From: Eledone cirrhosa
Taxonomy: Eukaryota
Assembly (NCBI GenBank): GCA_964016885.1
Contig: OZ024740.1
Location: 307,396,001 to 307,460,000 of the forward strand
Length of the DNA stretch: 64,000 nucleotides
Direction of reading: 5' to 3'
The stretch's first letter is position 1, and the number at the start of each line of letters is the position of its first letter. The position numbers and the translations under genes were made by a program. This document shows positions 53,873 through 64,000 of this stretch, piece after piece. A model generated the notes under the pieces. The model ran no database searches, was not told the origin of the DNA, and saw only the letters and a list, made by a program, of their open reading frames with translations.

Positions 53873-56800
53873 ATCAATTGAGAGTTGGCTGTTTGAACGC
53901 GCGTGGCCTGGGCTCAGCTTGGAAGCAAGCAAAGCTTCTAAGTGACCTCAGGTCACAAAGTATAGATGTGATGGTTGTTTGCGAGAGTCGGATCAGCAGC
54001 GTGAGACAGCTGGCGCCCGCCTTCGATGACTTTGAGATGCACGCATCTCTCTGTCAACCCGGAGGCGGGGGGGGGGGGGGAGTTGCCGTACTGCTGGATA
54101 AACGTCTGACTCTCGACGTACAGATTGTTCACTCGGACCCGGGGGGTCGATTACTGGTGCTGGACGTCGGAGGCGGTGAAGGCGGGGCTTTCAGACTGGT
54201 CGGTCTTTATGCTCCCTTCGGGGCGGAAAGAGCCGACTTCTTCCAACGTCTGGAGACTTTTCTAGGAACGTCGCGTTCCCTGCTTTTAGTGGGGGACTGG
54301 AATGGAATCCTAGATGCGCGTTGGGACTATGCAGGGGCATGTCCCGATAGAGGGGGGTGTAGCAGCCTCAAGGGGTTACTCGATCGATTCGACCTGGTCG
54401 ATAGATTTCGACTAGATTGTCCAACTGCGCCAACCTGGACCTGGGCAAACCGCAGTGGACAATCTAGATCGTACCTAGATAGGTTTTTGGTTAGGAGTAA
54501 GGATAGGGACGTATTTAGTTGTCCAGAACTGATCATGGTTGGCTATTCAGATCACAAATTAGTGACCTGCGTGGTCAACCTTGATAGAACGCATAGACAG
54601 GGTCCCGGTTACTGGAAGATGAACTTGTCCTTACCGACAAAGAAAGATTACAGAAACCGGATTAGTAGCTTAGTTAAGATGCGGTTGACGGGAGCGATCG
54701 TCAACAGTAGGTGGTGGATATCTCTAAAGAGAGAGATTAGAGTAAGTTCGATAGGTTACAGTAAGGAACTAGCGGCGAATAGAAATAGGAGGGAAAGGGA
54801 GTTAACAGATAAACTAGAAGAGGCGATTAGGAGCGGAGACGTAGCCAGAGTGTTAGCGACGAGAACGGCATTGAGCCAGTTCTTTGACGCGAAGCACGAA
54901 GGCTGCGTTGTCCGAAGTAAAATACGTGCTTTAGGAAACGAGGGGACCAAAGCTGTTAGCTGGGCCCGCGTGACAGAAGCCAAGAGTGGGATTAAATCCA
55001 CCATTCGGTCTTTGCGAGACCAGGATGGACGGGTGATCCTTGAACCTGAGCGAATGTGCGAGACCTTTCAAAGGCACTTTGCTCGACTGTTCGGAGGTGG
55101 CGGGGGGCCGGACGGGGATGTGGACTTCGGTCCATACCTCGACGGTCTACCGCGTCTTTCGAGCGGCGAAGCGGAGTGCTGCGAAAGGCCAATCACAGCC
55201 ACTGAAATCGGGGAAGCGCTCAGCCAATGCAGCAGACGCAAATCCCCGGGTCTCGATGGTCTACCATACGAACTTTATTTAGCTATGCCGGTCTTGTTCT
55301 CCGAACTCCTCGAGGCTGTCTATTGCAACTGGCAACAGAACGGGAGAATTCCCTGTTCTGTGACCAAGGGCGTGGTCACGCTAGTGAGGAAGGACGAGAG
55401 CAAGGGGGACGACTTAAGTAACTTTAGGCCCATAACTCTGCTGAATGCAGAGTTACAGATTTTGGCCAAGGTGTTGGCGAAGAGGTTGGCGCTTGTGGTG
55501 GGTGGTTTGGTGGGAGACGCGCAGACATGCGCTATCCCGTCCAGGTCCATTCACGACAACCTCCACCTCATGCGATACATCATAGAGAGGGTTGGCTACG
55601 AACCCGGCTTTGGTGGGGCCCTGATCAACTTGGATCAATCTAAGGCGTTCGATAGGGTCGACCATGGTTACCTGGATGCGGTGCTAGCGGCGGCGGGCTT
55701 CGGACCCGTTTTCAGGGGCTGGATTTCTGCCATGCACAGTGGCAACATCTACTCTAGGATTAAAGTAAACGGCTACCTCTCGGAGCCGTTTCAAATCACC
55801 CGATCCATCAGACAGGGGTGCCCCCTCTCCTCCCTTCTGTACGTATTGACTCTCGAGCCACTGCTGCGGAAGTTGGAGTTGCTGCGGGGCATACCCCTGG
55901 AACCGGGATTGTACAAAGCGGTCTCGGCCTATGCCGACGACGTAACAGTAATGGTGGCGGACGCCTCGGAAATCGGGGCGATCGCCACCCTACTGGAGGA
56001 ATACGAAAGGCTGACGGGGGCTAAGCTGAACCAGGACAAGTCAGTCGGTTTGCAACTCGGAACGTGGAGGGGCAAACCGATGCCGTTAGACGGTGTCGTC
56101 GGGCGGTGGACGGAGGGCCCGGTGAAGCTGCTCGGGGTCTGGTTCGGACCGGACCTCCAGGTGGAGAAGAATTGGGGCGAGGTGACGAGCAGGGTGTTTG
56201 CGCTGACCCAGAAGTGGGCCAAGTGCAAACTATCACTGAAAGGTCGGGCGGAGGTGACGAACGCTTACATAGCGTCCGTCATCTACTACCGCCTGACCGT
56301 CGTGCCTTGCCCCAAGGAAAAGCTCACCATCATGGAACGCATGCTCTTCCAGTTCCTCTGGAAGAAGCGGCCTCCCATGGTGAGGAGATCCATCTGCTGC
56401 CAGCACCCTTCGAAAGGAGGGCTGGGTATGCCGTGGCTGTTGATGCGTAGGCACGCATTGAGGCTACGGCATCTACAGGTATTCCTCAACGGTCAGCCGG
56501 TGTGGGCCCCGTTTGTGAGGCGAGCCTTCCCACAGCTCGTCTCGCTCACCGAACTGCAATCCTGGGTGAAGCAAAGACCGAGAAAACTGGGCAACTGGCA
56601 CACCGAGTGTGCCCAGGCGCTCACGGCTATCTGGCAAGCGGACCCGACTGTCAGTGGAGAATCCACCTCGACATTCTATAGAGGGTTGGTGGCTAGCAGG
56701 GGCGACGACACCCTTGGAGAGTCGCTAGGCATGGAGGAGGACGAACTGGCCAGCCTGTTCGGTAGAACTTTCGGCCCGGGACCCATGGACAACTTCCAGA

Positions 56801-57312
56801 GGTCCCTAGCCTGGCAGTGTTACCGGGGGGCTCTGCCCGTTCGAGAAAAGCTCTACAGACACGGGCGCCCGGGCAGGGATCCCGCGAAAAAGATCTGTCC
56901 CAGATGCGTGCGCGACGAGGAAACCGTTGCGCACGCACTGGTACACTGCCCGGGCGTTGCCGATCTGTGGGGCTACGTCGAACGACTGCTGTCGCGTGTG
57001 GCGCCGATTCGATTAACCGCCGAGTCTGTGGTGAACATCAAGCCGCCTCATCCCTTCAGAAATGAAGCAGAGGCGGTCTTTCTGTGCGTAATAGCCATGA
57101 TGAAAGAGGTTGTGTGGTGGACGCGCCTGAAAGGTCTGAGGTCGGGTGACTTTCTCTCCGGCCATCACCTGGTTTACTTCTTCCGATACCACTTCGGAAG
57201 AAGAATCAGGATGGAGAGAGAAGTGCTTGGTCCCAGACAGTTTTATGAAAGGTGGGTGAAAGAAGCGAGAATGGCCCGTGTAAATGGGCCTTCTCTCTAC
57301 ATTGTTCTGTAG
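53869..57312 (+). CDS. Tx1 ORF2: AP endonuclease + reverse transcriptase + zinc finger, no in-frame AUG at the start
   Basis: APE: CLNARGL, GDWN, SYLDRF, SDHKLV; RT: KSPGLDG, FRPITLLN, LDQSKAFDRV, QGCPLS, YADD; C-terminal CPRC...ETVAHALVHC; uninterrupted 1144 aa. Confidence 0.95.
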   Translation: MDQLRVGCLNARGLGSAWKQAKLLSDLRSQSIDVMVVCESRISSVRQLAPAFDDFEMHASLCQPGGGGGGGVAVLLDKRLTLDVQIVHSDPGGRLLVLDVGGGEGGAFRLVGLYAPFGAERADFFQRLETFLGTSRSLLLVGDWNGILDARWDYAGACPDRGGCSSLKGLLDRFDLVDRFRLDCPTAPTWTWANRSGQSRSYLDRFLVRSKDRDVFSCPELIMVGYSDHKLVTCVVNLDRTHRQGPGYWKMNLSLPTKKDYRNRISSLVKMRLTGAIVNSRWWISLKREIRVSSIGYSKELAANRNRRERELTDKLEEAIRSGDVARVLATRTALSQFFDAKHEGCVVRSKIRALGNEGTKAVSWARVTEAKSGIKSTIRSLRDQDGRVILEPERMCETFQRHFARLFGGGGGPDGDVDFGPYLDGLPRLSSGEAECCERPITATEIGEALSQCSRRKSPGLDGLPYELYLAMPVLFSELLEAVYCNWQQNGRIPCSVTKGVVTLVRKDESKGDDLSNFRPITLLNAELQILAKVLAKRLALVVGGLVGDAQTCAIPSRSIHDNLHLMRYIIERVGYEPGFGGALINLDQSKAFDRVDHGYLDAVLAAAGFGPVFRGWISAMHSGNIYSRIKVNGYLSEPFQITRSIRQGCPLSSLLYVLTLEPLLRKLELLRGIPLEPGLYKAVSAYADDVTVMVADASEIGAIATLLEEYERLTGAKLNQDKSVGLQLGTWRGKPMPLDGVVGRWTEGPVKLLGVWFGPDLQVEKNWGEVTSRVFALTQKWAKCKLSLKGRAEVTNAYIASVIYYRLTVVPCPKEKLTIMERMLFQFLWKKRPPMVRRSICCQHPSKGGLGMPWLLMRRHALRLRHLQVFLNGQPVWAPFVRRAFPQLVSLTELQSWVKQRPRKLGNWHTECAQALTAIWQADPTVSGESTSTFYRGLVASRGDDTLGESLGMEEDELASLFGRTFGPGPMDNFQRSLAWQCYRGALPVREKLYRHGRPGRDPAKKICPRCVRDEETVAHALVHCPGVADLWGYVERLLSRVAPIRLTAESVVNIKPPHPFRNEAEAVFLCVIAMMKEVVWWTRLKGLRSGDFLSGHHLVYFFRYHFGRRIRMEREVLGPRQFYERWVKEARMARVNGPSLYIVL

Positions 57313-57543
57313 GTGAAGAAGTGAAGAGGAAAGGGGGAGCGCCTCCTCTCTGGGCTTCCTCCGCGAAAAGAGTTGCACACTTTTCGGGGGTATGTGCAAT
57401 CCCCAACACGCCCCCTCCCTTTTGAGGACTTTTTATTGTTATATTATTATTGTTATTCCTTTTTTCTTTACTCGATTTATGTAAACTCCCCCACTGTGTA
57501 AATGTCCCCTTCTTTTGTGCCCTCGTGGCAAATAAATAGAAAT

Positions 57544-57545
<2 letters not shown>

Positions 57546-57616
<71 letters not shown>
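57546..57616. repeat. (ATCT)n spacer between Tx1 copies B and C
   Basis: Direct reading. Confidence 0.97.
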
Positions 57617-57617
<1 letters not shown>

Positions 57618-60600
57618 GGGATGGACACACGCGTGAAACTTGCTGCCTAAATTTCCATAGCAATTCCTAACTGTAAACTTTCATTTTTGTACCATTTTGT
57701 AGAGGGACTGCCAGGTCAAATTTTGATCTGGTCAGTCTCTCAAAATATTCTACGCCTTTAGGCGAAATAGTGGTGTAAACATTTTATCTTTCGAAAAATC
57801 CTACTTTGATAAAAATGGCTGAAGCATCTTCACCAACATTCAAAGGAAGAAAAGGGAAGTTAAACTCACAGCTTCCCTCTACCACTGTCACAGCAGCAGA
57901 TGCCAAAGGCAGAGGTCAGCCAGAACTTTCTCCACCTGCTGACCGACAACTTGATGTAGCCACAACTATACAAGAAACTGAAAACAACAACAACAACGAC
58001 AACAACAGCAACAATAAAGACAACAAAAACAACAAAACCAACAACAATGATAACAACAACACCACCAACAACAACAACAGCAACACGAACAAGGAAAAGG
58101 TCTGCTTCGCCCAGACTGCAAGGAAAACCCTCGACTATCTGCCAGTAGATATAAGCAAAGCTAAGGAGCTACTGGCAGATGCCAAAAAATACATAGTGTA
58201 TGGGGAAAATTAAATCATTTTCGACCCCCCCCCCCCGGAACTAAAAGGCCAGAGACTCCTAAACACTGTCATGTTTAGGACAGTCTCAACCAAAACCAAA
58301 AAAACAGCTCAACCATCACAGAGTGAGATAGAACTGGTTTTAAAAGATGTCTTGAAAGACACCACGTTCATTCAGAAGGATAGACTCTACGGGAGCCTAT
58401 CAATTCTCATGAAGGACACGGCAGCCAAACTGTCAATAAAACCAATCTCATCCACCGCATACACCTTCTACTCTACGTACATGGGTAGAAGGACACAAAA
58501 AATAAAAATTCACATCATCCTTCCGATTATGGACATATGGTGGGTATTGACAGGTTTCCTGGACCTAGACGACAACACATTAATATCCATGGGAAAGGCA
58601 TCGGGTGACGCGTTCAGTGGAACGGGCCTCGAACTTGTAGTTCAAATGAGGCCCGAAAGGATCGCCCAGATCCCTGAACGCGTCATACTGGATGATCAAA
58701 CTTTTATTAACATTACCGTTGAGGGTAGGCGGCCCTCGTGTTACCTCTGTGGAGCCAGAGGTCACCTGAGGGCTGCCTACACCACCAACAACTGCACAAC
58801 CAACACAATCACCACAACCACCACTACAAAAACAACAACCACAGCTCAAACCAAAACAAAACACCGTCCAACCCCCCAACCCCACTCAAGACAAAGCAAT
58901 TTCCAAAACACCTGCACCGCAAACACAACCCGAAAATCTACCCCTCCCCTCCAACATGGAAGATGACCCTCGTTCGTCGTCAGACGAGGAGGAGCACTTC
59001 CACACAATCAAAAGAAAAAAAAAGAAAACACACCTCAGACACACAAATGAAAACAACCCCTCCCCAAAACATAACACAGACACCAACACAAAAGAGCACA
59101 CAACAACAGCAAACAAAAAACACCACACAAAAACAAAAACATGCATTCACATACATAAACACAAGAAATAAAAAAACTGCTAAACATTGTATACAACAAC
59201 AATTTAGTGAAAACCCAAGGGCCTAACTTCACCCAGGCAGGGGATTTCCCCCACCTCAACATGATTAAGGCCCCAGAGGACACATATAAAATGCTAAAAA
59301 ACAACTTTAAAGAGGACGTGGGCCCCCCCTGCGTGGGGCCCATTAAACGCGTCCTCCTAAACAAATTCAACACCCCTCCCCACCCCCTCCCAACCCTCTC
59401 CCAAACACCCACACAACTCCAAACACCCCAACCACACAACACATTGATGCCCCTACACTTCCACAAACCACCACCCCACCCAACAACCCATCCCCAACCC
59501 TCATGGAAATTGTGCAGCCCGATACCCGGGACGCAGAGAGGTAAGTGCCTTTTCTCTTCACCACCAACACGGCTATACTGAGAGTAGGTTGTCTAAATGC
59601 GCGTGGCCTGGGCTCAACTTGGAAGCAAGCAATGCTTCTAAATGACCTCAGGTCACAACGTATAGATGTGATGGTTATTTGCGAGGCCCAGATCAGCAAC
59701 GTGCGACAGCTTGCCCCCACCTTTGACGACTTTGAGATGCACGCATCTCTCTGTCAGCCCGGAGGTGAGGGTGGGGTTGCCGTTCTGCTGCAAAAACATC
59801 TGGGTCTCGCAACACAAACGGTACATTTGGACTCAGAGGGTCGACTAGTAGTTCTGGACCTTGGCAGTGGTGAAGGCGGAGCGTTTAAGCTGGTAGCCGT
59901 CTACGGCCCTTTCGAGTCAACGCGGCCGGACTTCTTCCATCGTCTGGAGACTTTTCTAGGGGCGTCCCGCTCCTTGATATTAGTGAGGGACTGGAATGGT
60001 ATCCTAGATGCACATTGGGACTACGTAGGGGCCTGTCCCGATAGAGAGGGGTGTAACAGCCTCAAAGGGTTAATCGGCCTTTTGACCTGGCCGATAGATA
60101 TCGACTAGATTTTCCAACTGCGCCAACCTGGACTTGGGCAAACCGCAGCGGATCATCTAGGTCGTACCTAGATAGGTTCTTAGTTAGGAATAAGGATAAG
60201 GAATTTTTAAGTTGTCCAAAAATGCTCATGGTTGGCTATTCAGACCACAAGTTAGTGACCTGCATAGTCAACCTTGACAGAACGCATAGACAGGGACCCG
60301 GTTACTGGAAGCTCAACTTGTCTTTACAGGCAAGTAAGGCTTACAGGGACCGGATTAACACTTTAGTTAATGAGCAGTTGACGGGCGCCATCGTCAACAG
60401 CAGGTGGTGGGGATCTCTCAAAAGAGAGATTAGAGTAGTCTCTATAGAATTTAGTAAGGAGTTAGCCTCAAATAGAAATAGGAAGGAAAGGGAGTTGGTA
60501 GATAGTGTAGAAGAGGCAATTAGAAGCGGCGACATGGCCAGAGTGCTAGCGTAGAGAACGGCCCTGGGCCAGTTCTTCGACGCGAAACACGAAGGCTGCA

Positions 60601-63270
60601 TTGTCCGAAGCAAAATACGTGCTCTGGGAAACGAGGGGACCAAAGCTGTTAGCTGGGCCCGCGTGACAGAAGCCAAAAGAGGGATTAGATCCACTATCCG
60701 GTCTTTGCGAGACCAGGATGGACGGATGATCCTTGAACCTAAGCAGATGTGCGAGGCTTTTCAAAAGCACTTTGCCAGATTGTTCGGAAGGGGCGGGGAT
60801 CCGGTTGGGGAAGTGCACTTCGGTCCATACCTCGACGGCCTGCCGCGTCTCTCGGACAAGGAGGCGACTTCCTGCGAGGAGCCGATTTCAGCCGCTGAGA
60901 TAGAGGACGTGCTGAGCCAATGCGGCAAACGCAAATCCCCGGGTCTCGATGGTCTTCCATACGAACTATATCTAGCTATGCCGGACTTGTTCCCCGATCT
61001 CCTCGAGGCGGTCTACTGCAACTAGCAACAGAACGGGAGAATTCCCTGTGCTATGACCAAGGGAGTAGTCACGCTAGTGAGGAAGGACGAGAACAAGGGG
61101 GACGATATAAATAATTTCAGGCCCATAACTCTGCTAAATACAGAGTTACAGATTTTGGCAAAGAGGTTGGCGCTTGTTGTGGGCAACCTGGTGGGAGATG
61201 CGCAGACATGTGCTATCCCGTCCAGGTCCATCCACGACAACCTCCACCACATGCAATACATCATAGAGAGGGTTGGGAACGAACCCGGCTTTGGTGGTGC
61301 CCTGATCAATTTGGATCAATCTAAGGCGTTCGATAGGGTCGACCATGGTTACCTGGATGCGGTGCTAGCGGCGGCAGGCTTCGGACCCGTTTTCAGGGGC
61401 TGGATCACTGCCATGCACAGCAGCCGCATCTGCTCTAGGGTCAAGGTGAACGGCTACCTCTCGGAGCCGTTCGAAATCGCGCGGTCCATCCGACAAGGGT
61501 GCCCTCTCTCCTCCCTTCTGTATGTAATGACTCTAGAGCCACTGCTGCGGAAGTTGGAGTTGTTGCAGGGCATCCCGTTGGAACCGGGATTGCGGAAAGC
61601 GGTGTCGGCCTACGCCGATGACGTAACAGTAATGGTGTCGACGGCCTCGGAAATCGTGCCGATCGGCACCTTACTGGAAGAGTACGAAAGGTTTACAGGG
61701 GCTAAGCTGAACCGGGACAAGTCGATCGGTCTGCAACTCGGCGCGTGGAGGGGAAAATCGATGCCCTCCGATGGCGTCGTCGGGCGCTGGACGGAGGGCT
61801 CGGTGAAGTTGCTCGGGGTCTGGTTCGGACCAGACCTCCAGGTGGAGAAGAACTGGGGTGAGGTAACAAACAGGGTGTTTGCACTGACCCAGAAGTGGGC
61901 CGAGTGCAAACTGTCCTGAAAGGTCGGGCGGAGGTCGCGAACACTTACATAGCGTCCGTCATCTACTACCGCCTGACCGTCGTGCCTTGCCCAAGGGAAA
62001 CGCTCGCCAAAATTGAGCGTGCACTCTCCCAATTCCTTTGGAAGAAGCGGGCTCCTATGGTGAGGAGATCCATCTGCTGTCAACACCCTTCGAAAGGAGC
62101 GCTGGCGATGCCGTGGCTGATGATGCGTAAACACGCATTAAGGCTACGGCACCTCCAGGTATTCCTCACCGGTCAAACGGCGTGGTCCCCGTTTGTGAGG
62201 CGAACCTTTCCCAGACTCGTCTCGCTTACGGAGCTGCAATCCTGGGTCACGCAAAGACCGAGAAAACTGGGCGCCTGGCACACCGAGTGTGCCCAGGCGC
62301 TCACGGCTCTCTGGCAGGCGGACCCGGCTGTCAGTGGAGAATCCACCTCGTCATTCTATAGAGGGCTGGTGGTTAGCAGGTGCGACGACGCCCTCGGAGA
62401 AGCCCTAGGCATGGAGGAAAACGAACTGGCCAACCTGTTCGGTAGGACATTCAGCCCGGGACCTATGGATAACTTCCAGAGGTCCCTGGCCTGGCAATGC
62501 TACTGAAGGGCTCTGCCCGTTCGAGAAAGGCTTCACAGACACGGGCGCCCGGGTAGGGATCCCTCGAAAAAGATCTGTCCTAGATGCGTGTGCGACGAGG
62601 AAACCGTTTCACACGCATTGGTACACTACTCGGGCATTGCCGATCTGTGGGGCTATGTCGAACGACTGCTGTCACGGGTGGGACCGATCCGGTTGACCAC
62701 CGAGTCTATTGTAACGATCAAGCCGCCTCCCCTCTTCAAAAACGAAGGAGAGGCGGTGTTTCTGTGCGTAATAGCCATGGCGAAAGAGGTTGTATGGTGG
62801 ACGCGTCTGAAAGGACTGAGGTTAGACACCTTTCTCTCTGGCCAACAACTGGTCCGTTTCTTCCGATATCATTTCGGAAGAAGGATCAGGATGGAGAGAG
62901 AGGTGCTGCACCCCAGCCTTTTCTATGAAAGATGGGTGAAAGTGGGGAGAATGGCCTGTGTGAATGGGCCTTCACTCTACATCAGACTGTAGGTGAGAAA
63001 GATGAAAGATCAAGGGAGCACCCTCTCTCTGTGCTCCTGAGGGGAAGGGTTGCACACTTATTCGGGGGGTGTGGGACCCCCCCCCCCCGCAAGGCGCCTC
63101 CTCCCTATTGAGGATTTTGTTATTCAATTTATTTTTGTTATATTCTATATTTTATATTTTTATATTTTGTTATTGCCTCCTCCTTATTGAGGACGCCTTT
63201 TTATGTAACCCCCCCCCCCCCATTGTACTTGTCCCACTTTCTGACGCCCTGGTGGCAAATAAAAATAAAG

Positions 63271-63272
<2 letters not shown>
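57617..63272 (+). mobile_element. Tx1/L1-clade retrotransposon copy C, full length, multiply disrupted
   Basis: 5' end tgggatggacac shared with A; ORF1 ~57815-59544; ORF2 ~59569-62992 fragmented; AATAAA then (ATCT)n to 63312. Confidence 0.92.
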
Positions 63273-63314
<42 letters not shown>

Positions 63315-63496
63315 ATGTATGTCTCCCTCCTCTCTCTCTTTCTCTCTCTCTCTCTCTACATATATATTCATATATATATATATGTGTGTGTGTGTGTGTA
63401 TGTGTGTGTGTGTGTAGATCAAGTGTTATATAAGATGTATGTTTGTTTATGAAAGTGAGATATACTCACATTTACATCCACATGTACACACACTCA

Positions 63497-64000
63497 TCTA
63501 TATATATAAAACTGAGGATGTCTGTGTGTGTCTGTGAGTTTGAATCCCTAAAACTCGAGAAGTACCCAACCGATTTTTTTAAAACTTTACATGTGTATTA
63601 CTTATGTTTCAGGGAGTGTTATGCACATAAATTGAACTTTTTGATCCCCTAGGACCCGCATTAGGGAGAAAAAAACTGCGTTTTTTGAGCTTTTTAGGGT
63701 TTTGGGGGGCATTACGTCAGACCGATTTCCTTGAAATTGTAACTATGTATTAGCCAGTCTCTTCTTCATACCGTGAGCAAAGAAAATCCAACTTTTTTAT
63801 GGCCTAGGGCCAGCATTAGGTGAAAAACTTCATTTTTTCAGCTTTTTAGGGCTTTTTTGAGGCGTTACGTCTAGCTGATTTTCCCTAAATGTCAAGTCAT
63901 ATTATGCATATAAAAAAATTCATTTTCTTGATCCTCTAGGGCCCGCATTAGGTGAAAACCTGCATTTTTCCTGCTTCATCGAGGAAAATCTTAAAGATTA
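63497..64000 (+). mobile_element. Probable Helitron-type element 5' end, running off the window
   Basis: a|TCTATATATATAAAA then gtctgtgtgtgtctgt; subrepeat ctagg...gcattagg.gaaaa near 63650, 63804, 63936. Confidence 0.55.

Larger units (their letters stand above)
51833..57545 (+). mobile_element. Tx1/L1-clade retrotransposon copy B, near intact, distinct subfamily
   Basis: Different 5' UTR from A and C; two-ORF layout; (ATCT)n on both sides. Confidence 0.93.

Overview
AT-rich eukaryotic DNA made almost entirely of repeats, with no recognisable host gene. The tRNA-derived SINEs and dense (TA)n/(CA)n/(ATCT)n/(AAT)n microsatellites suggest an octopod cephalopod (inference). Coding remnants: an RTE fragment (~3.2-3.7 kb), a decayed REL-type LINE (~4.4-6.0 kb), two Penelope-like element (PLE) remnants (31.2-32.9 kb minus; 33.7-35.6 kb plus), a decayed Helitron (37.1-40.2 kb), two tandem R4/Dong-like REL retrotransposons inside an (AAT)n array (40.4-45.0 kb), and three head-to-tail Tx1/L1-clade elements inserted in (ATCT)n (46.1-63.3 kb). 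The middle Tx1 copy has an uninterrupted ORF2. Three large minisatellites (26, 35/32 and 32 bp units) produce the long spurious ORFs. The most striking unannotated signal is in the first 36 kb: about ten type I hammerhead-ribozyme (HHR)-like motifs from several families, mostly followed by AATAAA and (TA)n, often inside fold-back palindromes. One is a ~422-bp non-coding retrozyme-like unit whose inverted copy ends at the predicted self-cleavage site. Coordinates were read by eye and may be off by a few bases.
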